Shown: positions 49,958 through 60,035, counted from the stretch's first letter. The stretch: 64,000 nucleotides of DNA from Collinsella sp. (GCA_036298675.1 JAXJIO010000031.1:21386-85385), one strand, 5' to 3'. A program made the numbers and translations. Notes: generated by a model from the sequence alone, not told the origin.

Positions 49958-50806
49958 TCATTTTCCGAGCCAATTTTTGAACCACCACTCCATGGAGCGG
50001 CTCATCTCGGCCATAAAGGGACTCGTGTGCTTGCGGGTATAGATGTCCACGACGCGCTCCCCCACCTCGCGGGCATGCGGACGGAACATCGCGTCCATCT
50101 CGGCCACCTGCGCGTCCATGGTCGCAGCATCGGCGCGGCAGTAGCGCTCCTCGTGCACCAGGTTCACCACGGGATGCGCAATAGCCGGGCGCTCCTTGCG
50201 GGGCGTGCCGATGATGAGCATCGACAGCGGCATGGTATAGGGCGGCAGATCGAGCAGCTCGGCAACTTCCTCGGCATTCTCGACGATATCACCGATGTAG
50301 CAGCTCCCCAGGCCCAGAGCCTCGGCGGCAACCACGGCGTTTTGCGCGGCGATCACGGCGTCCTGGGCCGCGATGGCAAAGTCGCCCAAACCCGGCGCGC
50401 GGCGGGGCGCCTTACCCGTGCGCTCGACAAACTCGGGCTCAAAGCAGCCCACGTGCTCAAACAGATCGATCCACTTGGCATAATCGACCACAAATATCAG
50501 TGCCCAGGGCGCCTTGGCGATCATGGGCTGGTGGTCGCACAGGTCGGCCAGGCGGTCGAGCGTTGCCTGCTCGCGGATGCTCACGATGGAATACATCATC
50601 ATGGCGCCCGCCGACGGCGCACGACTCGCCGCATGCAGAATCGCCGCCCGCTGCTCGTCGGTCACCGCCACGGGACGGTCATCGTCATCACGCGCGAAGG
50701 CACGCGTGGAGGAACGGTGCTCCAACGTGTCCAGCACCGCATTGCCCGTCGTCTCGACCGGATAGCCGCACGTATCCACAGCCTTGGTGCAAACCTGCTC
50801 GTTCAT
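49958..50806 (-). CDS. Nitroreductase family protein
   Basis: LEHRSSTRAF is the FMN-binding N-terminal motif. 282 aa. Confidence 0.8.
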   Translation of the reverse strand: MNEQVCTKAVDTCGYPVETTGNAVLDTLEHRSSTRAFARDDDDRPVAVTDEQRAAILHAASRAPSAGAMMMYSIVSIREQATLDRLADLCDHQPMIAKAPWALIFVVDYAKWIDLFEHVGCFEPEFVERTGKAPRRAPGLGDFAIAAQDAVIAAQNAVVAAEALGLGSCYIGDIVENAEEVAELLDLPPYTMPLSMLIIGTPRKERPAIAHPVVNLVHEERYCRADAATMDAQVAEMDAMFRPHAREVGERVVDIYTRKHTSPFMAEMSRSMEWWFKNWLGK

Positions 50807-51019
50807 CGCCTCATCCTCGCTAATTCTTTAAGAAGCCTTTACGTTTCCGTGTAATTCCCGTCCATTATCGCGCAGGTCGCCACTCCATTGCGCCACACCG
50901 CCACACGTGCGCGTTAATATGGCTGGTTGTTGTGCGCAGCCACCAATTGCAGCGCATATCTTGGTAACAATCGGGTAAACCCCCGCTTTCGTAGGTTTTA
51001 GTTTGTGAGGAGTCTCAGC

Positions 51020-53320
51020 ATGTTCGCTGCCGCCATCTCGCTCGTCGGTCTTGCGGCGACCGTCTACCTTGTCTTGCGCGAGGCCAAGGCCATTCGCGCT
51101 CAGTCGGGCACCGTTGCCAAAAGCGCTCTTGGGTGGAGCGTCGCCTTCGGCCTGTTCCAGCTCTTTTTGACCATTTGGGGCGCCATTGGCCTCGTCGCCC
51201 AAAACGAGCCGCTCGCCTTTGTGATGCTCATCCTAACCAACGCCATCCTCACCGGCTGCGCTTGGGCCAGCATCGCACGCGAGCGCATCGCCCCGCGCGT
51301 CTTTGCGTTCGCCGCGCCCGACGCCCCCGCCCCCACCGGCAAGCTCGCCCGCCTGCGCGGCGCCTTTGTGGGCAAACCGCTCGTCGCCGCTGTCTTGTGC
51401 CTGCTGCTCGCCGGCGTCTTTGCGCTGCTGGGAATGGAAGTCTCGTCCAACCACGACTTTACCTGGGTCTACCCCCTGTGCATCCTGCTCGAGTGGGCCA
51501 TCATCACCGTGCTCATGACCGGCTTGTTCTTCCTATTCCAGCGCCACGGCGCAGCTCCCGCGGTCCTGGCCTTTGCCCTCTTTGTCCTGGGCATTGCCGA
51601 GTTCTTCGTCATCACGTTTAAATCCATGCCCATCCAGCCGGGCGACCTTTCGGCCATCTCCACCGCCGCCGCGGTCGCCGGCAACGGCTACACCTTCTCG
51701 ATCTCGCTGTTCTGCGTGCTGTCCATGGGCTTTACCGCCATCGCCATGCTGCTGTGCGAGTACGCCGGCCTGGTGGCACCGCACCGTCAGAAGGGTACCG
51801 CCAACGCCAAGCGTATGCTGCTCACCAACCTGCTCGTGGCAGTGCTGTGCCTGGGCGGCGTAACCGCGCATGTCACGCTCATCGACTACTACAACACCCT
51901 CGGCATCACCGTCTACACCTGGCGCCCGCTCGAGAGCTACTGGCGCGAGGGCTACCTGCCCGCCTTTATTAGTGCGGCGCAGTCCATCAAGCCGCCCAAA
52001 CCCGCCGACTACTCCGTCGACGATGCCAAGGCCACGCTCAAAAAGTACGCCAAGGCCTACGACAAGTCCGACGCGGCCAAGAGCGACGAGCGCGCCGCCG
52101 CAAAGGAGCAGTTCGACAGCGAGAAGCCTACGGTCATCGCCATCATGAACGAGACCTTCTCGGATCTATCCATCTACCAGAATATGCGCGCCGGCTACGA
52201 GGGCCCGCAGTACTTTAAGAGCCTGTCCAACTGCCTCAGCCGCGGCAAGCTCTACGTGAGCGCCTACGGCGGCGGTACCGCCAATACCGAGTTTGAGTTT
52301 ATGACCGGCAACTCCATGGCCAACCTGGGCTCGGGTGTGTACCCCTACACCATCTACAACATGGAAACGACCGGGAACCTGGCAGAGCAGTTCAAGTCGC
52401 TCGGATATTCCACCACAGCCATGCACCCCAACCACGCGACCAACTGGAACCGCGAGAACGTCTACAAGGACTTTGGCTTTGACCAGTTCCTGTCCATCAA
52501 CGACTTCCAGGGAGCCGACACCCTGCGCGGCATGGTGACCGACCAGGCTACCTACGACAAGATTCTCGAGTTGCTCGACCAGAACGCCGATCCGCAGTTT
52601 ATCTTCGACGTGACCATGCAGAACCACTCGGGCTACGACACGGGCCTGCTGCCGGTCGACAAGCAGATGCATCTCAACATCGACACAACCGACCTGGACG
52701 CCAAGACCGTTGAGGACGGCACGCTGTCCGATGTCGACGAGTACGTCTCGTGCATCGAGCAGTCCGACCAGGCGCTTCGCTACTTCCTCAACGCCCTGAG
52801 CAAACTCGATCGCAAGGTGGTCGTGGTGTTCTGGGGCGACCACCAGCCGTTCTTCCCGTCCAAGTTCAACGATAAGTGGTTTACCGGCGAGGACGATGCC
52901 ACGCACCAGGAACGTCTGTGGCAGACCGACTACATCATCTGGGCCAACTACGACGTTGCCGGCTGCGACCAGACAAGCGAGGTCGACGACCTGTCCACCA
53001 ACTACCTGTCCACCCAGCTGATGCAACTGATCGGCGCACCGCTGACCGACTACCAGAAAGCGCACATGACGCTGCGTAAGTCGCTGCCCGCCATCAACTC
53101 GGTGGGCTACGAGGACGCCAGCCTGCGTTGGGCGCTCTCCTCCAACGTCACCGGTGACGACGCCGCTGCCGCAGCCGCCACCAAGGCGCGCGAGGATTAC
53201 GCCAAGATGCAGTACTACGAGATGTTCCGCGACGGCAAGAACGTCTACACCGAGCATTTCCAGACCGAGGCCAACGAGACCGACCCCAACTTGGCGCCGG
53301 GTACAACCAAGATCAAGTAG
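51020..53320 (+). CDS. LTA synthase family protein (LtaS-like sulfatase / phosphoglycerol transferase), polytopic N-terminus
   Basis: The ATG at 51020 follows GAGGAG. Several TM segments are followed by a sulfatase domain (IAIMNETFSD, MHPNHATNWNR, WGDHQP). Confidence 0.82.
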   Translation: MFAAAISLVGLAATVYLVLREAKAIRAQSGTVAKSALGWSVAFGLFQLFLTIWGAIGLVAQNEPLAFVMLILTNAILTGCAWASIARERIAPRVFAFAAPDAPAPTGKLARLRGAFVGKPLVAAVLCLLLAGVFALLGMEVSSNHDFTWVYPLCILLEWAIITVLMTGLFFLFQRHGAAPAVLAFALFVLGIAEFFVITFKSMPIQPGDLSAISTAAAVAGNGYTFSISLFCVLSMGFTAIAMLLCEYAGLVAPHRQKGTANAKRMLLTNLLVAVLCLGGVTAHVTLIDYYNTLGITVYTWRPLESYWREGYLPAFISAAQSIKPPKPADYSVDDAKATLKKYAKAYDKSDAAKSDERAAAKEQFDSEKPTVIAIMNETFSDLSIYQNMRAGYEGPQYFKSLSNCLSRGKLYVSAYGGGTANTEFEFMTGNSMANLGSGVYPYTIYNMETTGNLAEQFKSLGYSTTAMHPNHATNWNRENVYKDFGFDQFLSINDFQGADTLRGMVTDQATYDKILELLDQNADPQFIFDVTMQNHSGYDTGLLPVDKQMHLNIDTTDLDAKTVEDGTLSDVDEYVSCIEQSDQALRYFLNALSKLDRKVVVVFWGDHQPFFPSKFNDKWFTGEDDATHQERLWQTDYIIWANYDVAGCDQTSEVDDLSTNYLSTQLMQLIGAPLTDYQKAHMTLRKSLPAINSVGYEDASLRWALSSNVTGDDAAAAAATKAREDYAKMQYYEMFRDGKNVYTEHFQTEANETDPNLAPGTTKIK

Positions 53321-53346
53321 CGGGTCGCTGCTAATTCACAACTGAA

Positions 53347-53477
53347 ACGTCTGTCCGGGCGGAGGCATATAAGGTTCCCTGCTCGGACAGTCCTGCGCAA
53401 GACGGAGGCCACATTAAGTGGCCTCCTTTGCGTGCGGAACTCGCGATGAACCTTATATGCCTCCGCCCGGACAGACG
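53347..53477. repeat. 131-bp MITE-like hairpin: perfect 29-bp terminal inverted repeats with a nested inner hairpin
   Basis: CGTCTGTCCGGGCGGAGGCATATAAGGTT ... AACCTTATATGCCTCCGCCCGGACAGACG. The inner hairpin GGAGGCCAC-attaa-GTGGCCTCC spans 53404-53426. Confidence 0.92.
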
Positions 53478-53532
53478 CCCTGTTGTTGGAGCGCGGCTTG
53501 TCATGGGGGGTATCCGCAACATATATAAGTTG

Positions 53533-53557
53533 AAGGCCACGTCTTGTGGCCTTTTTT
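53533..53557 (+). terminator. Rho-independent terminator downstream of the LtaS-like gene
   Basis: GGCCAC-gtctt-GTGGCC followed by TTTTTT. Confidence 0.75.
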
Positions 53558-53561
53558 GCAT

Positions 53562-53703
53562 CCGGAAACCGTGTCCCAGAATTCACGTCCGGAATGGGAT
53601 GCAGTTTCCGCTTGTGGCTCCGTTGGGAAACTGCATCCCATTCCAAAGGCAAATTCTGGGACGCACTTTCCGAAACCCCATCCATCCGGAAAGCCCGTCC
53701 CAC
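53562..53703. repeat. Second BIME-like mosaic (five alternating units)
   Basis: Unit starts are 53563(-), 53596(+), 53625(-), 53658(+) and 53687(-), giving spacings of 33/29/33/29 bp. Units 2 and 3 are reverse complements (GGGATGCAGTTTCC/GGGAAACTGCATCCC). The array is collinear with 27436-27609. Confidence 0.9.
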
Positions 53704-53817
53704 TCTGAATACATCCAGCGAACGCATGAGAGCGTGTCATCCAAGACGGTCTCGTCATCGGGGTGATGGAAAACGTCACCCCAAACGGTTGCCACGGTTG
53801 CGCCTATGAGTGTCAAG

Positions 53818-53844
53818 AAAAAAGCCTCGAGAATTTCGAGGCTT
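53818..53844 (-). terminator. Rho-independent terminator after the flavodoxin-like gene
   Basis: On the minus strand, AGCCTCGA-aatt-CTCGAGGCT is followed by TTTTTTC. Confidence 0.85.
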
Positions 53845-53887
53845 TCACACTTGTATTGTTTTGCACGAAGGACCGCGAACGGCGAAG

Positions 53888-54445
53888 CTACTCTCCCAGC
53901 ACGGCCTTCTTGGCGGCTGCGGCCATGTTATCCAGATCTTCCTTGGTGGGATGGTCCTTTGCGGCAACCCAGTTGTCGAGCAGCATCTTATAGCGCGCGT
54001 TGTCGGGATCTTGCTCGAGCATGGCCTCGTAGCGCTGCTTGACCGCGGGGCCCATCTTGCCCTGACACATCGCCCAGCCCGCAAGCTCGGCATCGTTGGC
54101 CAAATTGGAGGTCACGCGGTCAATAATCTGCTGGTAATAGCTCTGGTCGGCGCCAAAACCGCAGGTGCCAAACAGGAAGACGCGCTTGCCGTGCAAGGCG
54201 GAGAGCAACGCCGCGACCGAAGGCGTGCACGCGCCCTTGTCGCACCAAAAACCGACGAGCACCGTATCGGCCGCGCAGGCGCCCTGCGCCTCGAGCGCAA
54301 CCTGATCTGCATCCGCATCGTCGCTCAACGCCGCGGCATGGACAAATTCAACGCCCGCAGCCTGCAGAGCGCGCTTGATCGCACCCGAAACCATCCTGGT
54401 ATTACCGCTCTTGCTGTTAACCACCAAAGAGCACGTCATAGTCAC
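53888..54445 (-). CDS. Flavodoxin family protein
   Basis: VVNSKSGNTRMV is a flavodoxin phosphate-binding loop. About 185 aa. The start is the GTG at 54445 or the ATG at 54439. Confidence 0.75.
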   Translation of the reverse strand: MTMTCSLVVNSKSGNTRMVSGAIKRALQAAGVEFVHAAALSDDADADQVALEAQGACAADTVLVGFWCDKGACTPSVAALLSALHGKRVFLFGTCGFGADQSYYQQIIDRVTSNLANDAELAGWAMCQGKMGPAVKQRYEAMLEQDPDNARYKMLLDNWVAAKDHPTKEDLDNMAAAAKKAVLGE

Positions 54446-54566
54446 GTTGCCTCGTTTCCCCCAAAACTAAAGCCGCTATTGCAATTTATTAGATGAATAT
54501 CTTAGTACTAACGTGACAGATGTAAACCACCGTCTGTCGATTGATTAATTTGCCCCACGGGCTTGC

Positions 54567-56426
54567 TCACTGGGCAAACTGGCTGCGGTAGAGTTCGGCG
54601 TAGAAGCCGCCTGCCGCTAGCAGCTCGTCGTGCGTGCCGCGCTCGATAATCTGGCCGTCGCGCATCACCAGAATGCAGTCGGCGTTGCGGATGGTGCTCA
54701 GGCGGTGCGCCACGACAAAGCTTGTGCGACCGGCCATGAGCTCGTCGAATGCCGCCTGCACCTGCAGCTCGGTACGCGTATCGATGCTCGACGTTGCCTC
54801 GTCCAGCAGCAGAATCGCCGGATCGGTGAGCATAACGCGCGCAATGCACAGCAGCTGTTTTTGACCCTGGCTAAACGTGCCGCCGTCCTCGCCGATGACC
54901 GTATCGTAGCCGCCTGGCAGCTGCACGATAAACTTGTGCGCATGCGCGCGCTTGGCAGCTTCGATAACCTGCTCGCGCGTGGCGTCAGGACAGCCGTAGG
55001 CGATGTTTTCCGCCACCGTGCCCTCGAACAGCCATGTGTCCTGCAGCACCATGCCAAAGGCGCGGCGCAGGCTTGCGCGCGTGTAGTCACGCGAGGAACG
55101 GCCATCGACCGCAATGCGACCGGCATCGATATCGTAAAACCGCAGTAGCAAATTGATGAGCGTCGTCTTGCCACAGCCCGTAGGACCGACCAGGGCAAAG
55201 CGCATGCCGGGTTTGGCCTCGATGCAGATATCCTGCAGCAGCTTGCGATCGGGCACGTAGCTAAAGTCCACATGCTCAAAGGCGACCTCGCCCTGCGGGG
55301 CGGCAAGTTCCACGGCATCCGCCGCATCGGGCTCCTGCTCGCGGGCATCGAGCAGCGCAAACATGCGGCGCGCCGAGGCGTACGCGGTCTGGATCTGCGT
55401 AATGACGTTGGTGACCTCGTTGAACGGCTTGGTGTACTGGTTGGCATAGGACAGGAAGATCTGCACGCCGCCCACCGTAAGCGCCGCGGGCACGCCCGTG
55501 ATCACGCCCACGCAGCCGATCACAGCGACCACGGCATAGATGATGTTATTGATAAAACGCGTACCGGGGTTGGAGAGCGAACCCATAAACTGCGCGCGCT
55601 CGCCCGCGGTGTAGAGCTCGGCATTGAGGGCATCGAAGCGCTGCTGGGCGTTCGGGCCATAGGCAAAGGCGTCGACAAGCTTTTGCTCGCCTACGTACTC
55701 CTCGATATGACCACCGAGCTGCCCTTGAATACGCTGCTGCGCCGTAAAGCTCTTGTTGGAGAGCTTGGCAATAGCACCGGCTGCAAAAATGGAAAGCGGC
55801 GTGACGAGCACCACCACGAGCGTCATGGTCAGATTAATGGAGAGCATAAACGCGAGCGTGCCAACGATGGTGATAACGCCGGTAAAGAGCTGGGTAAAGC
55901 CCTGCAGCAGACCGTCGCCCACCTGGTCGACGTCGTTGACCACGCGGCTCATGAGGTCGCCGTGGGCATGGCTGTCGATAAAGCTGAGCGGCATACGGCT
56001 GAGCTTGTCGCTCGCCTCCACGCGCATGTCGCGCACCGTCTCATAGGACAGGCGGTTGACGCAGTAGCCCTGCAGCCACTGGAAGGCAGCGGCACCCACC
56101 ACGACGAGCGCGAGTTTGGTAACGAGCGGCAGCAGTGCATCGAAATCCACCTGGCCCGCAGCAACAATCAGGTCGATGCCCTCGCCGATAAGGATAGGCG
56201 TGTAGAGCTGAAGAATCACCGAGATGGCGGCGCTCACGAACGACGCCGTAAACGAAATACGGTGCGGACGGACGTAGCCCATCAGGCGGCGGGTCACCGC
56301 GCCCACGGGATAGCGCTCGGGGTCGCCGGGCTGGCGCGGACCGTCGCCCAGGTCGTTGAGGTTATCGTTACCGGACACGTTGGCCGTCATCGTGGCGACC
56401 GAACCGGAGGAAGTGTACGGATTCAT
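54567..56426 (-). CDS. ABC exporter, fused permease/ATPase
   Basis: Walker A is GPTGCGKTT, the signature is FSQGQKQ and Walker B is ILLLDEATSSID. The ATG directly follows the upstream stop (TAAATG). Confidence 0.92.
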   Translation of the reverse strand: MNPYTSSGSVATMTANVSGNDNLNDLGDGPRQPGDPERYPVGAVTRRLMGYVRPHRISFTASFVSAAISVILQLYTPILIGEGIDLIVAAGQVDFDALLPLVTKLALVVVGAAAFQWLQGYCVNRLSYETVRDMRVEASDKLSRMPLSFIDSHAHGDLMSRVVNDVDQVGDGLLQGFTQLFTGVITIVGTLAFMLSINLTMTLVVVLVTPLSIFAAGAIAKLSNKSFTAQQRIQGQLGGHIEEYVGEQKLVDAFAYGPNAQQRFDALNAELYTAGERAQFMGSLSNPGTRFINNIIYAVVAVIGCVGVITGVPAALTVGGVQIFLSYANQYTKPFNEVTNVITQIQTAYASARRMFALLDAREQEPDAADAVELAAPQGEVAFEHVDFSYVPDRKLLQDICIEAKPGMRFALVGPTGCGKTTLINLLLRFYDIDAGRIAVDGRSSRDYTRASLRRAFGMVLQDTWLFEGTVAENIAYGCPDATREQVIEAAKRAHAHKFIVQLPGGYDTVIGEDGGTFSQGQKQLLCIARVMLTDPAILLLDEATSSIDTRTELQVQAAFDELMAGRTSFVVAHRLSTIRNADCILVMRDGQIIERGTHDELLAAGGFYAELYRSQFAQ

Positions 56427-58292
56427 TTAGCGGCCCTCCTTTGCGCAGACGGATGCTGGGGCGGTTGGGGCACCTGGGGCGAGCGCGGGCGCTGTGCTCC
56501 CCCGCTGGCCCTCAAGCTCCTCGCGGCGCAGCTGCGACTGGCAAATCTCGCGATAGAGCTGACAGGTCGCATACAGCTCGTCATGCGTGCCCAGGCCCGC
56601 AACCGAGCCGTGGTCGAGTACGCAGATCATGTCGGCATCGCGCACGGTCGAGACGCGCTGGCTCACGATGACGGTCGTGAGCGGCAGCCCGCCCTCGGCG
56701 GCACCGCGCACGCTACGCTCGCGGACGGCATGGCGAAGCGCCGCGTCGGTCTTAAAGTCGAGCGCCGAGGCAGAATCGTCCATGATCAGGACCTGTGGCG
56801 AGCCCACCAGGGCACGCGCGATGGTCAGGCGCTGGCGCTGGCCACCGCTAAAGTTCTTGCCGCCCGCCTCGACCGGGGCATCGAGCCCCTGCGACTTGTT
56901 GCGCACGAACTCGCTCGCCTGCGCCATATCGAGCGCTGCCCAGAGCTCCTCGTCGGTCGCCGACTCGTCACGCCAGGTCAGGTTGCTGCGGATGGTGCCG
57001 CTCACCAGCGACGCTCGCTGCGGAACGGTCGCGACCACGTGGCGCAGCTGGTCGAGCGGCCAAGTGCGCACGTCGGTACCCATCACGCTCACGCTGCCGG
57101 TGCCCGCATCGTACAGGCGCGGGATGAGCGAGACGAGCGTGGACTTGCCGCTGCCCGTGCCGCCGATAATGCCGAGCGTTTTGCCCAACGGCAGCTCCAG
57201 GGTCACATCGTCGACGGCGTTGGCAGCGCCCGCGCCAAACGAAAAACTCGCATGGTCAAAGCTCAGCGCCGGGACCGAAACAGCGCCACCCGCCAGTTCG
57301 CTCGGCTCGGGCAGTGCGACCGGCTGATTGCCCTCGTCGGTAATGCTCGGCACGCAATTGAGCACCTCGTTGAGACGCGACGCACTGGCGCTCGCCTTGG
57401 TAAAGACCACGACCAGGTTGGCGACATACACGATGGAGGTCAGGGTCTGCGTCATGTAGTTGACGAACGCCATGACCTGGCCCTGCGTGAGCTCGCCCAC
57501 GTTGACCTGAATGCCGCCCACCCACAGGATGGCGCACACGCCCAGGTTCATCACCAAAAACGTGACGGGGTTGAGAATCGACGAGAGCTTGCCCACCGCG
57601 ATTGCGACACGCGCCTGGTCATCGGCCGCCTGGGCAAAACGCTCGCGCTCGTGGTCCTCGCGCACAAACGCCCGGACCACGCGGGCGCCCGAAAGTCCCT
57701 CGCGGCAAATAAGCGCGATGCGATCGAGCTTTGCCTGCAGCTGCTTGTAGTACGGGATGCAGCGCGCCATGACAAGCCAAAACACCAGGCCGATGGCGGG
57801 CGTGCAAATCAAAAAGATCATGCCGAGCTTAAGGTCGATGGCAAGGGCCGCAACCATGGAACCCACCGCCAGGAAAGGCCAGCGGATGAGCATGCGCACG
57901 CCCAGCGCCACGGCGAGCTGCACCTGGTTGACGTCGTTGGTAATGCGCGTGATGAGCGACGGCGTGCCAAAGCGATCGAGCTCAGCATAGCTCAGCTTGT
58001 TGATGTGCCGGTAGAGTGCGCCGCGAATGTCGGTGCCCATGCCCTGCGAGGTGAGCGCCGCCATCTTTTGGCAGACGAGCGTAAACGAGATGCCGATCAC
58101 GGCCATGGCGGCGAGCACCATGCCGTAGCGGACGACGGCACTCACGTCGTGCGCACCGATACCTTTATCGATCATCTGGGCAATCACCAGCGGCGTCAGC
58201 AGGTCGAAGATCACTTCGATCAACTTGCACGCAGGGCCAATCACCATATACCGGCGATACTTACCACCAAAACGCCTGAGCAGCTCAATCAT
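56427..58292 (-). CDS. ABC exporter, fused permease/ATPase, with a C-terminal Ala/Pro-rich tail of about 40 aa
   Basis: The start was set to the ATG at 58292 (SD AGGGAG). Walker A is GGTGSGKST, the signature is FSGGQRQR and Walker B is VLIMDDSASALD. Confidence 0.9.
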   Translation of the reverse strand: MIELLRRFGGKYRRYMVIGPACKLIEVIFDLLTPLVIAQMIDKGIGAHDVSAVVRYGMVLAAMAVIGISFTLVCQKMAALTSQGMGTDIRGALYRHINKLSYAELDRFGTPSLITRITNDVNQVQLAVALGVRMLIRWPFLAVGSMVAALAIDLKLGMIFLICTPAIGLVFWLVMARCIPYYKQLQAKLDRIALICREGLSGARVVRAFVREDHERERFAQAADDQARVAIAVGKLSSILNPVTFLVMNLGVCAILWVGGIQVNVGELTQGQVMAFVNYMTQTLTSIVYVANLVVVFTKASASASRLNEVLNCVPSITDEGNQPVALPEPSELAGGAVSVPALSFDHASFSFGAGAANAVDDVTLELPLGKTLGIIGGTGSGKSTLVSLIPRLYDAGTGSVSVMGTDVRTWPLDQLRHVVATVPQRASLVSGTIRSNLTWRDESATDEELWAALDMAQASEFVRNKSQGLDAPVEAGGKNFSGGQRQRLTIARALVGSPQVLIMDDSASALDFKTDAALRHAVRERSVRGAAEGGLPLTTVIVSQRVSTVRDADMICVLDHGSVAGLGTHDELYATCQLYREICQSQLRREELEGQRGSTAPALAPGAPTAPASVCAKEGR

Positions 58293-58501
58293 GTATAGGC
58301 GCTCCCTATCATCATCCACATTCAATTCGAACCATGATAGTACCGCCACCCCAAAAGAAGCGTAAACAACTCGTCATTTCTAACGGGATTCAGTTTTCAG
58401 AGGGGTATACGCGCACACCCGATCAATGGCGGGCAAACCGCCTGATATACTTACATTAGTGCTACCAAGTTAGTCGCCAACCCTTGAAATGAGGTGCCGA
58501 G

Positions 58502-59500
58502 ATGAACGACATTCTCGCAAGAAGAGCAAGACGAGCAACCATGGGCATCGCCCTTTCCGCGGCACTTGTCGCGGGAATCGCCCCCGCAGCGGCGATCGCG
58601 GCAGAAACCAGTTCCCCCACCGGTGCAGTTGCCTTGCAGACGGAAGACGCGGCCGCCGCAAAAGAAAAAGCGTATGCGGCCATGCAGGAAGCGCTCAAAA
58701 AACTCAAAGCAGCGGAGGACGCCGCAAGTCCCGAGAGAATTGCGGGAATCAATAATATGATTGCCAGTGATCAAGAGCTCCGCGACATTATGCTTGCGCA
58801 TGCCGCCGAATGTAGGGAACTCCTTCCCGCCATGCAAGCGAACGTCGATGCAGCCCAAGCCAAATACGACGAGGCCAGCAACCTGGTAAGCAGCCTTCAG
58901 GCAAAATTAGAGGCACTTAAGGCACTCGGCGACGAGGCGCCCAGCGAAGCAATTAAACAGTTGCGCTCCGAAATCATGGCGGCAAAATTGCAAGAAGAGT
59001 CTTGCAAAACGACGCTTGACAGCTACCAACACCGCCTCGAAAGCCAGGAAAGACAGGTTCAGAGATTCGAAAGTGCGGCGGAGGAAGTCAAAGCCCACAT
59101 CGACGAGGAAACAGCCAAGCGAGATGCGCTCCTCGACAATTTGGATAAGGCGCAAGCGGCATATGACGACGCCTGCAAGGCATACGAAGAGGCGAAAGCC
59201 GCGGCAGACAAGACCACCTCGCCCGAGATAACGAAACCTGCCGAGACAGTGCCTCCCTCCGGCTCAACGCAACCCGCCGAGGCGACACCGCCCGTTGCCT
59301 CACCTGCAACCGGCAAAGACGCCCTACCAAGCTCCACCAAGCAGGCGAACTCGAGCAGCAGCAAGCAAGCAAATACGACCGCCGGCAAGCTCGCAAACAC
59401 GGGTGACACAGCACCGAGCGCAATCGCACTCGCAGGAATCGCCGCCGCAGTCCTCGGAATAACCGCCACGGGTGTACGCCGCCTCAAGAACTCAAAATAG
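58502..59500 (+). CDS. Cell-wall-anchored coiled-coil surface protein (M-protein-like architecture)
   Basis: The signal peptide is RRARRATMGIALSAALVAGIAPAAAIAAE. A long Ala/Glu/Lys/Gln-rich helical region is followed by a Pro/Ser/Thr stalk, then LANTGD, a TM segment and RRLKNSK. Confidence 0.8.
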   Translation: MNDILARRARRATMGIALSAALVAGIAPAAAIAAETSSPTGAVALQTEDAAAAKEKAYAAMQEALKKLKAAEDAASPERIAGINNMIASDQELRDIMLAHAAECRELLPAMQANVDAAQAKYDEASNLVSSLQAKLEALKALGDEAPSEAIKQLRSEIMAAKLQEESCKTTLDSYQHRLESQERQVQRFESAAEEVKAHIDEETAKRDALLDNLDKAQAAYDDACKAYEEAKAAADKTTSPEITKPAETVPPSGSTQPAEATPPVASPATGKDALPSSTKQANSSSSKQANTTAGKLANTGDTAPSAIALAGIAAAVLGITATGVRRLKNSK

Positions 59501-59544
59501 CCGCCAGAGCATACCATCTTCGCCAATCCACAAACCCAGAGACA

Positions 59545-59580
59545 AAAGAGGCCCGTTTCCCCAGGGAAACGGGCCTCTTT
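59545..59580. terminator. 17-bp perfect hairpin after the coiled-coil protein gene
   Basis: AAAGAGGCCCGTTTCCC-ca-GGGAAACGGGCCTCTTT. It contains the GGGAAACGG core of the mosaic repeat family, and only a short T run follows. Confidence 0.6.
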
Positions 59581-59722
59581 AACTGCAAAAATTCAAGCAA
59601 CAACACCGCCGCCTCTTGAACCACATAGCCATCAATGCCCAGACAACACCAGCAAGCCGCATTCCACAAGGGATAGATTAAATTAGATAAACGCGCCTTT
59701 ACGGGTGATTTTTGGACGATTT

Positions 59723-59817
59723 GGCCCGGCCGGCGGCACGATATTTGGTAGTCGAGCGATCCCGCAGGCGCAGCCGAGGACCAGCGAGACACCAAATGCC
59801 TCGCCGCCGGCCGGGCC
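59723..59817. repeat. 15-bp perfect GC-rich inverted repeat enclosing 65 nt (structured element)
   Basis: GGCCCGGCCGGCGGC ... GCCGCCGGCCGGGCC, with inner pairing ATTTGGT/ACCAAAT. Confidence 0.85.
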
Positions 59818-59848
59818 ATGTCGCGGTAACAAAAAAGCGCCCGTGCGC

Positions 59849-60023
59849 TCGATGGATTCGGATGCCCGACAGAGGCTCCTTATGGCTGCTTCCTTCCGGA
59901 CCTGACCAGATTCGGAACATGTCGTCATCCGAACCCATCGAACACGCTAGGCGCTCGGTATATCTTACCTGCTCCCGTCCAGCAGGGCAAGTGGGGCGAA
60001 CCCATCGGATGGATTCGCCCCAC
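59849..60023. repeat. Four copies of CGATGG(A/G)TTCG arranged as two hairpins
   Basis: The first hairpin pairs TCGATGGATTCGGATG (59849) with CATCCGAACCCATCGA (59926). The second, GTGGGGCGAACCCATCGGATGGATTCGCCCCAC (59991-60023), lies just 3' of the adhesin stop. Confidence 0.85.
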
Positions 60024-60035
60024 TCGTCCATATCG

